64,000 bases of DNA from Lama glama (taxonomy: Eukaryota). Each line of letters starts with the position of its first letter. The first letter of the stretch is position 1. Of the stretch, positions 50,525 to 63,677 are shown piece by piece. Both the position numbers and the translations under genes were made by a program. Location: positions 20,276,001-20,340,000 of the forward strand of contig CM052832.1 of assembly GCA_028534125.1 (NCBI GenBank). The letters are read 5' to 3'. Under the pieces are notes generated by a model, which was not told the DNA's origin, made no database searches, and saw only the letters and a program-made list of their open reading frames with translations.

Positions 50525-53104
50525 AAACTCCATATGAATACAGATAAAACGTATTAGGTACCCTTTTGGCTCTTGCATTTCTCATTCTTTCCCCTGTACT
50601 CATTTCTCTTTGCAATCTATTTGCAATGATTCTACTTGAATGATAATTCTATACTAACGTCATTATCTTTAATTATGTTATCTTAAGGAAGAGATTCAAT
50701 CTTTTTTTGGTTTCCACTAACAAAGGGAAGATATATAGCCAGAGTTTGGTAGCAGAAATCTGGTTTTATACAAAATGAGGACCTGATTAAAGGCCAGTAA
50801 AATGTTACATATCAATTCTTGATGTCACAATCAAACATGGAATTTACATGAGGTAAGTTCACTGGGAGAATTCCCAATTATATTCTTTACAACAAATATT
50901 TGAGTATTTATTGAATAGAGCATTTTTCTCGTGGGGTAGTTGGACTGTTCACAGCTGTTGTGTAATCAGCTCAAATCCATTAGAGGTTGGTCTTACAACC
51001 CTTTTTTTTTTTAAGCAGATCTACAAAAAGGTTATATAGTTGGCCAAGTTCACTCAACTAGCAAGGGATATAATATGAAAGAATTTAAACCAGGTTTATG
51101 AGGTGACAACAACTGAGTTTTCTGTCAATACTGTGAGTATGACGAGTATGACCCCCTGGAGATAAACAGGGCTATGATAAAATCATCCAGCACTGTTCAC
51201 AAAGACATTAATTGTCCTTTATCCTTAACCCATTACTCTAGACATCTGATCAACCAGGTCAGAATTCTCAGATTAACTGTCCAAAAAAAGTCATATTTAA
51301 ATTTAAGATAGTGTAATCTCACTCTCCATCTCAAGGAAGTAATAATTAAAAGTAGTATATACTTCTTTGATGTGGAATGGACAGTATGAAGCTATCTAAA
51401 ATATCTTTTCTCCTTCCATTTCCTTCATCAGCTTAGTCTAATTTATACACTAAAAGTGAAAATAAAATTTCATGTAAATCTTCTAGTAAGCAGGCCTCTT
51501 ACGTTCTTTCTAATATTGGTAGTTGTCTGTTGTTGTTTTTCTTGGGAAGCTCATACTCATTCTTTCTCACAAGCCTTTACTCGTGTTAATTGCATAGCAG
51601 AGAACAGTCCAGTTGTTAACAAGTACTATGTTCATGAAGACAAGGCCCTGCTCTGGCATAGTTCATTTTAGCTGTAAGAAAGATTAGAGAATGGTCTGAC
51701 AAAGAAATAAATGCCTTAGAACATTTTCTCAGCATTCAACAGTAATTAATAAAAGTTTTACTTCATAATAGAGATTTTTTGAGGTCACAGCAAGAGGGTA
51801 TCTAAGAGAATGATTAAGAGATTTAAGTCAATTTATTTATTTAATCTATCATGCTATAACTCTATATTATTAAAACTAGGGGAAATTTCTGTTTCCCTCT
51901 GAAAATATGGATAAAGCAGTAATTTTAAATCATTTATGTAAATAAAAATACCTACAGTGCACCAGGCTTTTGGCTTTAAAATAGGCCAAATGTTTCAGAT
52001 AGCAGAAAACTTGTGATTCTCATGAAAATTGATGACAAATCTAGGCCCTAATAAACCTTTTTTTAAAAAAAAGAGTTCTAGGGCACAATTTCCCACAGCC
52101 ATAATTGTGACCATCTGGAATCCCATGCCTAGAATTTAAATGAGGTCAAGTATTTCCCTTTTATTCTCATGAATCATTGGACTTGAGATAAATGCATTTT
52201 CTGTAAGAACAGCAAGACAGAAAAATAGAGAACAAGGTAAAATATTTCCGTTTAAATACAGAGACACCACCTATGGGGACAGCAGACAAGTGTTACCCTG
52301 ATCTTTAGAGGAAGTTGCAATTTGTATAGAGCAGACACATGAGTCAAGAGACAGAAATGCAGGCATTTCAAAAGAAGGCACAGCATAAAAATACTATCCA
52401 ACATAGATAAGTAAAAAGTCTAGAAAAACAAGGGCTCCTAACAGGTCTAAATCTACACGGACTGAGTGAAAGAGGTATGTCCAGGAAAAAGGTTCCCATA
52501 TAGTACTTATAGCCGAAAATGGTTATTAATGAAAATAAATTCTATAAAACCAAAGTCAGGTTGCCGTGGGCCCCATTAATATAAACATGGGGATATTTGA
52601 TGATGAGAAATTAGACATTTTGAAAATCAAAAGAATAAACAAATCTAAAATGTTATGTTAATACAAGTATATTGTAGTCACAATCAGTTCACTTTCTTGG
52701 ATATTATTGAAACATTAACACATCATGAAAAGTCCAAGGAACTCTTGTGAAGGTAAAAGTGATACAACTTGAGACCCTCCCCACAAAAGCCCTTGTTAAT
52801 CGTATAGTGAGTAAAATGTTAACAAAATTTCAAGAAATGCTGAGTTTCATATTCCAAAGACAGCTTTTAGCTATATCTGGTTTTATTTTTAACTAAGTAT
52901 GTGGTAGTAAAATTCCACATTTCTGTACTTTGTTTTTTAAGTGTAAAATTGGGTAAATAATATTTGTGCTTCTATTTTATGAAATTCTTGTGGAGCTTGA
53001 ATTAGAAAAATGGAGTTGAAAATTCTTTCTGATCTCTAAGCTCTTTTTACAAAATATTCAGTTTTATTATATTGGCTTGTGAAATAATACACAACTAGAC
53101 AGTT

Positions 53105-54355
53105 GAGTTTAACAACTCAATAAGCATTTATCAATACCTCTCTTGTGCCCTGCACTCTGCTAAGCACCAGAGATGGAAAAAGAATAAATGTGTGCCCCAT
53201 CTATGATGAATTTTGAGCCTGATTTTCATGTGATTTGAAAATACCTTAGATGTTTCCACAAGCCCTACTAGCAACATACTGAGAGATGTTCACCCCACAA
53301 CACAGGACCCAGAATCCCTACAGGAAGTTACACTGCATTTGGATTTTAAAGAGCAGAAAGGCACTACCAATCAAGGGACAGGGAATGACATTTCAGGAAA
53401 ACAAAAATATATGAAAAATATCATTTAAGTGAGATGTAGCTTGCTGCGTGTATGAGAGAGGACAGAGAAGCAGGTGTAACTGGACCATCACATGTTGGGT
53501 GATAGTCCCAATTAGGAAAGAATGATGCAGGTAGAAATAGTTTTAGGTAGGTAATTTTACACGTGCACTTTTCCAGTTGTCACCATGATTGATAGCAAAG
53601 AGAAAACCAGGAAGGTGGGAATCCGTGCACTGCGTCTGCAGTACGCAACCCCAGATAGCACACACACTTCAAACACACTGAAAAAGAGCAAGCCTTGCTT
53701 TTCTCTGATTTATATACTGGGCTCCCAGGAGAGAATTTCGTCACACAAAGGGTTCCGTGGTTCCATGAGTAAAGATACGATAAAGGGACCTACGTGATGA
53801 TTGTTTTATGAATAGATTTATTGTTGCATTAAATTAAATCAGAAGTCCTGATGAAGAAGTAAATCTTAGAAGATGATGATGATGATGATTATGGACATTT
53901 TAGGTATAAGATGGCTTCAGAATGTCCAAGTGGATTTTATGTTTGGGAGTTGCTAGCATCAAGGAAAAGATAACGAGCACAATATAAAAACCCCACAGCA
54001 GACAGAGTTGAATGAGAAGAGCAATGGACTTAAAATAGAACACTTGGAACACCATACTGTTCAAAGGATGGGCACAAGATGATCCTAAAAAGAGCAGGAG
54101 GAACTTTTCAAGGTATAGAGAAGAACCAGAGGAGTATGGTGTATCTGAAGCCAAAGAGCTAGAACAATTGGTCAAGGCAATTTCAAGATAACAACACTTG
54201 GTCAGCAGTATCAAATAAAAAATATGACAAGAAATGTAGAAGTGTATGAACTGGAGAGCATGTGTTAGATTTGGTAACACGGAGGCCACTGGGCCAAGGC
54301 AATTTAATGTTATGATATGAAAGCCAAATTACAGTATGTTAAGAAGTCAGTGAGA
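53105..54355 (-). mobile_element. L2 fragments (discontinuous)
   Basis: caactcaataagcatttatcaatacctctcttgtgccctgcactctgctaagcacc (L2 3' end); agaagaaccagaggagtatggtgtatctgaagccaaag; ttagatttggtaacacggaggccactgg. Confidence 0.7.
53872..53889. repeat. (GAT)6
   Basis: Direct reading. Confidence 0.9.
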
Positions 54356-54359
54356 ATCA

Positions 54360-56429
54360 GACTTAATTAAAAACAAACGAAACCTAATCCCAAGTTGCTT
54401 ATCAGAGATACATATAAAATATAAGAATGTTGAAACTGAAATAAAGGGAAAATCAGATACATAAAAACTAACTTGAGGTCATTGTAGATATATTAATATC
54501 ACACAAAATGGGCTTTAAGGAAAACAACATTTTTAGACAAAGAGTACTTCATAATAATGAAAGGTTTAAGAAATATAATTCTAAAAGTTAGATACTATGC
54601 AACACAGCTAGTTGCTATGAAAGTGAAAACTGAGCTGTACAGAATTCTGCACTCATAATTGAAAATACACCTGAAGCATTAAAAAACTGTTTTACATACT
54701 GAACCACAAATCAGGTCTCAACAATTATTAAGAATTAAAATCAAATAGTTATGCTTTCTGATCACAGTGGAATTTAGCTACAAGTAAAGAGCAAAAAGAA
54801 TTGTTAACTCTCAAACATTAAACAACACACTTTTGAATAAGCGACACATCAAAGAAGTCATAATGAAAATTGTAAGTTACTTTGATCTGAATAATGATGA
54901 ACACTAAAACTGGATATAGCTAAAGCAATGATTATAGGAAAACATAGCCTTAACTTCATGTAATTGAAAATGAAAAGAGGCAGAAAAACAAACTAGCAAC
55001 TAGGAAAAGGGAACTAGGGGGAAAAAAAGTCCAGTTAAACCCAAAAATGTAGATGAGAGGACGGAGATTAATAAAACAGTTCAAAAAAATACAGTGGAGA
55101 GAAACAACCAGGCATTAAGTTGTCTTTTCAAAAAATTAATTAAGACATCATCATAATAAGATATAATGGAAAAGTCCACGTCAATAAATTTGAAAATTTA
55201 GATGAAAAAGTTCCTGAAAAAAATAACTTCTCAAACCAACACAAAAAGAAATAGGAAGCTTGAATAACTATTTTTTTTATCTTTACATGTAAAACTTTTT
55301 CCAAAATAAAATTCTAGGCACAGAGAGTTTTCCAATGAATTCTGGTAAATATTTACAGAAAAATTAACACTGAACCTGCACAAACTCTTCCAAAACACAG
55401 AAGAAGAGATAGCTTTTCTCATTTTACTTTCAGTCCAGCACAGCCTTTAACCCAAAACCTGACAAGGATACTATAGAAAGGAAACTTATGAGAACTCTTA
55501 CTGAGTAACAGATGAAATAATCCTAAGTGGAATATTAACAAACAAAAGTCAGCAATATATTAAAAAGGCTGACAGACCATGATAAATCTGGGCTTATTTT
55601 AGAAATGCAAAAATGAAGTAACATTGGAAAATTAATCAGTACAGTTCATCAGACTGATGCAGTAAAGGAGAACAGTTACATTATCATCTTAACAGACGCA
55701 GAAAAAATTATCTGTTAAGAATCACTACCCATGGTAGAACTTTCAGCAAACTAGAAAATGACTATCAACTTCAGACATGGTCAAAGATATGATGGAATGG
55801 AGACTCCTACGTGCTGAAGAAGTATAAATTGGCAAAACCACTTTGAATAACAACCAGAAGTTTCTACTAAATTAAAATAGATGCATACCCTAGCTTATTG
55901 TCTAGCTACAAAAATCCTATGAAAAACTGCTTATCAAGAGAATATTTACATTTTTTATCCTTGAGATTGGAAATGAGAAGACTCCCAGTATCACCTGTTC
56001 ATTCAGTATTATCTATTTAATTTTATAGATCAAAATAAGCAATAATACAGTCCTTACGTGCAAGATGATGTGGCTGTATTAGTAGAAAATTTAAAAACCC
56101 ACAAATAAATAATAATTAATCACGCTAGTTATTAATAAGAGTTTAGCAAAGTTGCTGGATAATAATTCATTATATAAAATTCAGTTGGTTTTCTATATAC
56201 CAGCAGCAAGTGAAAATTTTGAAAAGCTAAGTAAAAAGTGGTATGATTTACAAAAGCAGCAAAACTATCAAATATATAGAAATATATCTAACAAACTAAA
56301 AGACCTATATACAAAACTAAGACTTTACTGAAAGAAATTAATGAATATATAGAGATTAAGGTCCTTCTCATGAATTAGAAAACTCAATATTGTAACAGTG
56401 CCATTTATTTACAAACTGATTTAAAGATT
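54360..56429 (+). mobile_element. Old L1 ORF2 remnant (endonuclease to RT region), frameshifted
   Basis: A-rich forward L1 motifs: ttctgatcacagtggaatt, ggatatagctaaagcaatg, acaaactcttccaaaacacagaagaagag, ccaaaacctgacaagga, gcaagatgatgtgg, gagtttagcaaagttgctggata. Confidence 0.85.
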
Positions 56430-56929
56430 NNNNNNNNNNNNNNNNNNNNNNNNNNNNNNNNNNNNNNNNNNNNNNNNNNNNNNNNNNNNNNNNNNNNNNN
56501 NNNNNNNNNNNNNNNNNNNNNNNNNNNNNNNNNNNNNNNNNNNNNNNNNNNNNNNNNNNNNNNNNNNNNNNNNNNNNNNNNNNNNNNNNNNNNNNNNNNN
56601 NNNNNNNNNNNNNNNNNNNNNNNNNNNNNNNNNNNNNNNNNNNNNNNNNNNNNNNNNNNNNNNNNNNNNNNNNNNNNNNNNNNNNNNNNNNNNNNNNNNN
56701 NNNNNNNNNNNNNNNNNNNNNNNNNNNNNNNNNNNNNNNNNNNNNNNNNNNNNNNNNNNNNNNNNNNNNNNNNNNNNNNNNNNNNNNNNNNNNNNNNNNN
56801 NNNNNNNNNNNNNNNNNNNNNNNNNNNNNNNNNNNNNNNNNNNNNNNNNNNNNNNNNNNNNNNNNNNNNNNNNNNNNNNNNNNNNNNNNNNNNNNNNNNN
56901 NNNNNNNNNNNNNNNNNNNNNNNNNNNNN
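56430..56929. other. Assembly gap (500 N)
   Basis: Run of n. Confidence 1.
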
Positions 56930-57978
56930 TGTGAAAGGTAAAATGAAGCTTCCAGAAAGTAAAGGACAGCAAGGTTTCAACCCTGGGCTCTAATATTTTC
57001 CTTAGTAGATAAAGAAATAATTAAGTGCATCTGATGGGACCTTACAGAGATTATTACGCAATTTGTGAAGTTAAGAAACTTTTTATAAGTGACCGTATAA
57101 TTAGACACTATCATCATAGTGATGACTTGAATTCACTAAGTCATCATAGCCAATTACATTTTGTGCTTTAATAATTCTGTTCAAGGGTAGATTTATTAAG
57201 GTGTTAGTGAGAAAGTGATATTCCTAGTTGATTTCTATTGAACAAATTTAATGATAAAACCACATGATTTTTGAGGTTTAGAGATTTTTCCACTAGCCAG
57301 AGCTTGCCCAGCATTTAATTGGCACTTCACTTAATACAGAATGTATCAAAAAATTAAGTAGGCATTAATTAGGAACACAAAATGTGAACTAGCCTTAAAA
57401 AGTTAATTATCAAATTGGTGTAGCTATCTGTCGTGGACTCCCATAAGCAGCCTGTTAAAGAAGTTTCATTTTTTAAAATGTAATATGTTTCTCAGGATGT
57501 GATTACACATACAATATATGATTGTAATTTTGAGTTAATTGCATAGTAGCTAGATTAACTTTTACATCGTTACAGTTTAATCAGTGTTTTTCATGATTAA
57601 CGTTCATTTACGTTTAAAGCTTCCAAGCTTTTTCTTTCCCTGACTTCTGCTCCTCCCTTCTCATGCCAGGCGCTGACTTAACAGATCACTCCATTAAAGC
57701 TCTCTGAGGACAAACTTCTGCTTTGTCTCACTTTAGGTACCAGGACAATTTCACTTGAAACTATGATAGCAATAGTGTCTTTACCCACAATGTAATCCTA
57801 ATGACTGTAATTATCTTAATATATAGAAAAGAAAGGGTAGAAATTAGTTGGGGATATTACATAGCTAATAAGGAAAGCAGTTAATACTCTCTACCACCTT
57901 GACTTCAGTTTTATTCCAACTGTTAACTTCCAGAGGAAAAGATAATGATAAAAACGATAAAAGATAAAAGATAATTAT

Positions 57979-58023
57979 CTACATGTAAGAAAGATAAAAA
58001 ATTTTTTTCTTTCTTACATGTAG
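57979..58023. repeat. Near-perfect 45-bp palindrome
   Basis: CTACATGTAAGAAAGA-T-AAAAAA|TTTTTT-TCTTTCTTACATGTAG, self-complementary apart from one extra T. Confidence 0.9.
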
Positions 58024-59237
58024 CCCGAACAGCATGAAATACATCAGGACCTTTTTATTACAAATTTTAAAAAAATTGCCCATTTTAAGATACAAGCTCA
58101 TCTAAGGACTGACCACTAGAAGTATCCAAAACATTTAAAAAAAACCAAAAGGTATGATTCTTCTCCATGCTTCAAACGTTAATCAGCTTGAAAGGGGGAA
58201 AATATAAAGTGAATGTAAAAATAGATACGGTAATAGGGGCTGTCTAGAATAAAGACATTCAAGACAGTTTCAATTAGATCATACTCTTTCAGAAGGTGCC
58301 TCATTTGTGTAGCTGAAGCACACTGTCTGTCTGATATAAAGGTATTCTGAGGAGTGCAAAGATCACTTGAGGTGAAATGACTGAATCTCAGCCAGGGGGA
58401 GCCTGAGAAGATCGGGTGCAAGAATCTGTCTCAGAGAATACTTGCAGAGTTGAGCAGCTCATCTAAATACACTGAGCACATTGCTGCTGACAACCCTGGT
58501 TAATAACCAGTGTGGAGAAAAGCTCTTGATGGTGAAGATCTGTCCAGTAAACATTGAAAAAGCAACCAGGAAGCTTAAGTCCAGGAGTGGCTGGTCAACG
58601 GAACTTTAAAATGAAGGACACGGCTATAAGTATACCTGGCACTTCCCATCTCTTGTCTAAAGCAAAATGTGTGGTCTTTGTCTCAGCGCTAGCCTTTGAA
58701 TGTTTCTGTAGAATTGTATTCTTCTAAAACTTTTCCTTCTTGATGAAAAATGTTAATGAAATTACCATAAAATACTTAATGAATTGGGACGCTTTTATTT
58801 TGCCTTCTGGAGATAACTATATATATGCTATGCGTATCCCCAAATACTCAAAATAGTTAACACTAGAATTGTTTTTATCTTGGAATGATGAGATTATAAG
58901 TGATTTTTATTTCCTTCTTTCTTCTCAGGTTCTCAACACATTTGCAGACAGCACATATTACTTTCCCACCAAGAAAACAGAAGAATAAATAGCAATTTTT
59001 AAAAAGTACATTCTAAAAGTATGAATTTTACAATGTTGGTAAGAATGAAGAAGAAACTCCTCTTCCCCATTATGAATCCACGACCATCTTGTGCTTTGTG
59101 ATACAGTTCTAGAAGTGTTTTTTATAGGAGAGTATGCATTTTGTAACCATTCACAGTACTTTTGTACATTAAGCATTTTATCATATCTTTTGTGCACCTG
59201 AATTTGGCCTATGCTGAAAATTTTCTTCTGTGGGTAT

Positions 59238-59607
59238 TATTATGGTCTGAAGGTTTGTGGCCCTCCCAAAATTCCTGTGTTGTAACCTTAATCCCCAATG
59301 TGACGGTATTTGGAGGTAGAGTCTTTAGGAAGGAATTAATGTTAGATTAGGCCATGAGGGTGGGGAGCTCATGATGAAATTAGTGCCCTTATCAAAAGAG
59401 GAAGAGACATGAGATCATCATTTCTCTCTGCCATGTGAAAATACAAGAAGATGGCCGTCTGCAAACTAGAAAGTGTTCTCACCAGGAACCAAATTGGCTG
59501 GCACCTTGATCTTGGACTTTCTGGCCTCCTGGACTGTGATAACTAAATATGTGTTGTCAAAACCACCCAGTCTATGGTAATTTATGATAGCAGCTTGAGC
59601 TAAGGCA
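59238..59607 (+). mobile_element. MaLR solo LTR (MLT1A0-like)
   Basis: tattatggtctgaaggtttgtggccctcccaaaattc...ctggcaccttgatcttggactttctggcctcctggactgtga...ccacccagtctatggtaa...ctaaggca. Confidence 0.9.
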
Positions 59608-59844
59608 GAGATACCTCTGCCCATCTCTGTAACTTGTACCAACTTCTCTTTATACCAGGAACTACCAGCCACTGAAGAAAATTTGGTATAATTTGTGATT
59701 GAACTTGATCTAGAAGCCTTAGGTCTTGAGCTATAGTAATCAATGCATTATGAAAGAACATTACCTAAAAGCTTTCACACTAAACACTAAATCAGATGTC
59801 ACCACCACCAAAACATCAGGGAGGAAACACGGCATAGAAACTAT

Positions 59845-59990
59845 ACTGGATTGTGGTTTTTTATAACTAGCTGTGTGCCCCGGAGAGAAAGTCACTAAAA
59901 CATGCTGGCCCCCAGTTCCCCCAACTATAAAATAGAGGATTGTATTAAATGATAAGTGAATTATCTTCCAGCTTTGTAATTCCATGATTT
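59845..59990 (+). mobile_element. MIR3-like SINE fragment
   Basis: aactagctgtgtgccc...aagtcactaaaa...cccagttcccccaactataaaatagagg...cttccagctttgtaattccatgatt. Confidence 0.65.
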
Positions 59991-62219
59991 CAACCACATA
60001 GTTAAAAAATTTTCACTGTCAACCAAACCAACAGGAGAATAAATTTAAAACTACCCTCTAGTGCTTTCCTGGAAGTCTATTTCATGCGACTAAAACAAAA
60101 TAAGGGTTATGAAAAATTGAAAAGCATGGCTCTAATAGTCCATTTCACAATTGTCCCAGAATGCAGTTGTGCCTGCATGTGCAACACAGACCTTATGTAA
60201 GAATTTACCAACAGCCTGGATGATAATGGAACTCTGCTGCTCTGGGCTGCATATAAAAATGAGGCTAAGTTTTCACCTTAACGTCCTGCTCTGGGACATA
60301 CTCTTTCATGACAGCCCTGATCTGTCATCACTGGTGTCTTGTGTCACATAATTGTGCAGTTTGTGGATTGGAGAAACAAATGCCTTAAGGAAAATCTCTG
60401 CACAGGCACTTCACTCCTGTTCATTCCAACCTGTTAAGGTAGATAACTTCATAGAATATTTCTGAAAGATGATACCCTTCAAACTGCTCCCCTTTCCTGA
60501 GCCGCCAGTGCACTAGAAAGATTAGACTGTGTCATGCATTTGTCATGGAAAGTCATCATGATCTTTTTTCTTATATTATTTCTGTTTTTTAATCCCTTTT
60601 CTTTCCTAACTAACCCTGCTTTCTAAGGGGGTATTATGGATAACACGCAAGCCAGTGATAAATGCCAATGGATATATCAGTTATTCAAGTGTTTTTGGTT
60701 TTCTCAATGACTGTACCATATGTCCATGAACAACGGATCTGATCAGTAAGTAAAGAGACAAAAAAGTAATGATTTAGAAAATAACATGTAGTAGTTGGTT
60801 ATCTGCATGGTCATAGTTGATACTGTAAGAAAGTTCCACACAAAACATCCCCCAGTCTGCAAAGAATCACAGCTGTAACTGATAACAAATATTCTAGATA
60901 TTTCCACGTTTCTACCACATGGCCTGAAACATAAAAGATGCTCAATAAATGTCTTCTGTATTAAAGAAGAAATTGCAGTTTTTGAGAACAGTTTCGTAGT
61001 AGCAAAATGATACATTCTTCCAAGAGTTAAGTAACAATCCTTCACATCCATAATACATCACTAACTATTCCCTGTAAACCAACAGCTGTCTTCCTCCATG
61101 TTTGAAATACGACTTCTGATGATATTTTAAAGAGAAGAGATTTAAAAAGTACAATGGCTCAGTTCTTGGCAGTTCTTAGCGTGATTGTTTAATTCTCCCC
61201 TTCTGATAATATTTTCTAGTGAATTTATTTGGAGACAGTAAAATCAAACTTAGGGAATTGTTTTATTCTTTTGTTCCAAGTCTGGATTTTTAAACTTTGA
61301 GTTAATACATCATTCCTGAAGAAGCTGACAAGAGAGCTTCGATCTTGTGGAATTGTTTGGGGGCAACTTCAATTTTAGGCAGATTACAATGCCTGTATTG
61401 GGAGTGAACTGATTTTAAGAGAAAGGAATAGCTATGTATATCATTTAAAAGATTTTTTAAAGAAAGAAAAGGAGACAAACACATGACTAGAAGTACTCCA
61501 CCTTATATTTAGAAAGGACCACATTGTAGGGATTTTCTGAGCATAACTCTTGAGTTACATTGTGATGAGAGAACCCACTTTAAGGAGAAAATTTAAAGAG
61601 AAAGGCAAAATGTGTTTGAGATGTTTTTGTTGATTAATGACTCACTGTTCTTTAAACTAGGACAGAAAAGCACTGGAATGAAGGAAAGCTGACAAATTAT
61701 TTTGAACAATTATGAAAATGGAACTAAAGGTAAACTCTAAGAAGAAATTTTAAAACCTAAAAAAAAAAAATTAAATGAGTAGATGAGTAAACCAAAGTAC
61801 TCTTTGAATCAGTATTTGAGATGTAAATTAGAGTGAGGAACTAAGAGTTAAGAAATTAGAAGGGAAAATACCAAATTTTAACATTTATGACAGATATGCT
61901 ATTTTTAAAATGTGTTTAAATTTTCCAGTGGTATTCATAGGAATCAAATTTTTATTCGAAAAGATGTTAAAACATTGAAACAATTTGCATATCATAAACT
62001 CTAAAACTCATGTGAAGGTCAAAGAAAGTTTGGTAGTTTACCAGGGAGACAGTACGCCATCCAGTGGCCTCTTACCCATAATGTAAGATTGACGTTGTTA
62101 GACGTGATTAAGGGAAAGCCCCGGGAGGGGGAGCTTTGGCACACTGCCTTGGACCATAGTAAAACTGCCAGATTTGAGTCTTGACTTGGAAATTAAACCA
62201 CTAATTCATTTCTGCATGT

Positions 62220-62780
62220 TAATTTCAACAAATATTTGTAGATACCCTATTACAAGGAAAACACCTTTGCTAAACACTTTGAGGTTGAAAAAGAGACTAA
62301 GACATACTTTCTATAGCAAAGGCATATATCTAGTGATTGTTTGAGATACAAATATGACAATGAAAGCTGACAATAACAAGTTCCACATAATTAGTACATG
62401 CTATGGTAATAGTTTCAGAGTTTGATGATGATGTTGGATTTGACTTTGAATCAAAGGTAGTCCTTGTATACGGAGATATTAGAACATGGTAGAGAGTTCA
62501 GGTGGGCAGTAGTGAGCAAAGTATGAAGGACAAACTGAAAATTCTGCTGCGGACAGGGTTTAACTGAATGTAGCTAGATGACAGATTTTTTCAGAGACTT
62601 AATGGAGATAATGATGAAGATACAGGTTGGGACAAATTGGCTTAAGAGTTTTAATTCCAACCTAAGGGTTTTCAAATTAATTCCACTGGCGATGGAAGAA
62701 CATTCAGTGCTTGTCAAACTGGAAAATATCCCAGTGTGGTATTCTATGAAGATCTGGGAAGAAAGAGAAGGTGACTAGTT
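62220..62780 (-). mobile_element. L2 3' fragment
   Basis: ttaatttcaacaaatatttgtagataccctatta...ttggatttgactttgaa...ccactggcgatggaagaacatt. Confidence 0.6.
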
Positions 62781-63561
62781 TGTACTGTGTGTTATTGACA
62801 CAGCTGATCCTTTGGTAATAGATCTGAAACCTCGGTTGCTATTGCAAAGCTTGCTCTCCATCAATAGGGTTTTAAGTAAAATTTGCAAATAGAAACTTTT
62901 GCTTCAAGTTGACTTAGCCTTTGTCATTCTCACTTCTCTAACAGAACTGAGTTTATGGATCCCTCAATCCTTGCTTTAAAATGAGACTAGGTGACTACTG
63001 CCATCCCCGCACTGACCCAGACAGAGCTTGGCATAAAGTCCTCTAGGGAATGTGTGGGTTCCAGCTCTGCCGTCTGACCACTAGTGGGCAGACACAGCCC
63101 TCGGTTCTGAGGGAAGCTCCGTATCTCAGAGGGGAAGCAGGGTCAGCTATTCCAGGGGCTGTTCCTTTCACTGCTTAATCCAACCTGGCTGGATGTTTAA
63201 CAATATAAACTGTAGATTTACTGTGTCTGTCCCCTGAGCACTGAGCCACCACCTCCACTCGAAAGGTAACTCCACCTGGTAATTAACTGTGAAATATTGA
63301 GTGGCCAGTGTCTGACCCGAGTGTTTGTGCCAAGCAAAAGTTTCACTTGAGCTTTTTTTTTCTTTCTCTCTTTCACTGCCAGTTTGTGTGTATGTGTGTT
63401 TTTAAGTATTAACTCTCATGGAAGCACATGCCTATTTAAAATTCCCAGACGATGAGTCAGACCCGTTCAGTGAGGTTCCTGGAGAGTCACATGATGTGGT
63501 TTGATGAAACTTCACCTTATGAAAGGTTGAAGAAAAAAATCAGAAGAGCTCTTTCAGATTT

Positions 63562-63677
63562 ACATATATACGTATGTGTGTGTGTGTATACATATAACTG
63601 GAGTATACACATATGTGTATATTATACATATAATTATATATATATATACACACACACCACACACTAGAGAGAGAGAA
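63562..63677. repeat. Compound TA/TG/CA/GA microsatellite
   Basis: Direct reading. Confidence 0.85.

Noticed and set aside
56405..56980. The two longest ORFs in the track (191 and 183 aa)
   Set aside because: They are translations of the 500-N assembly gap
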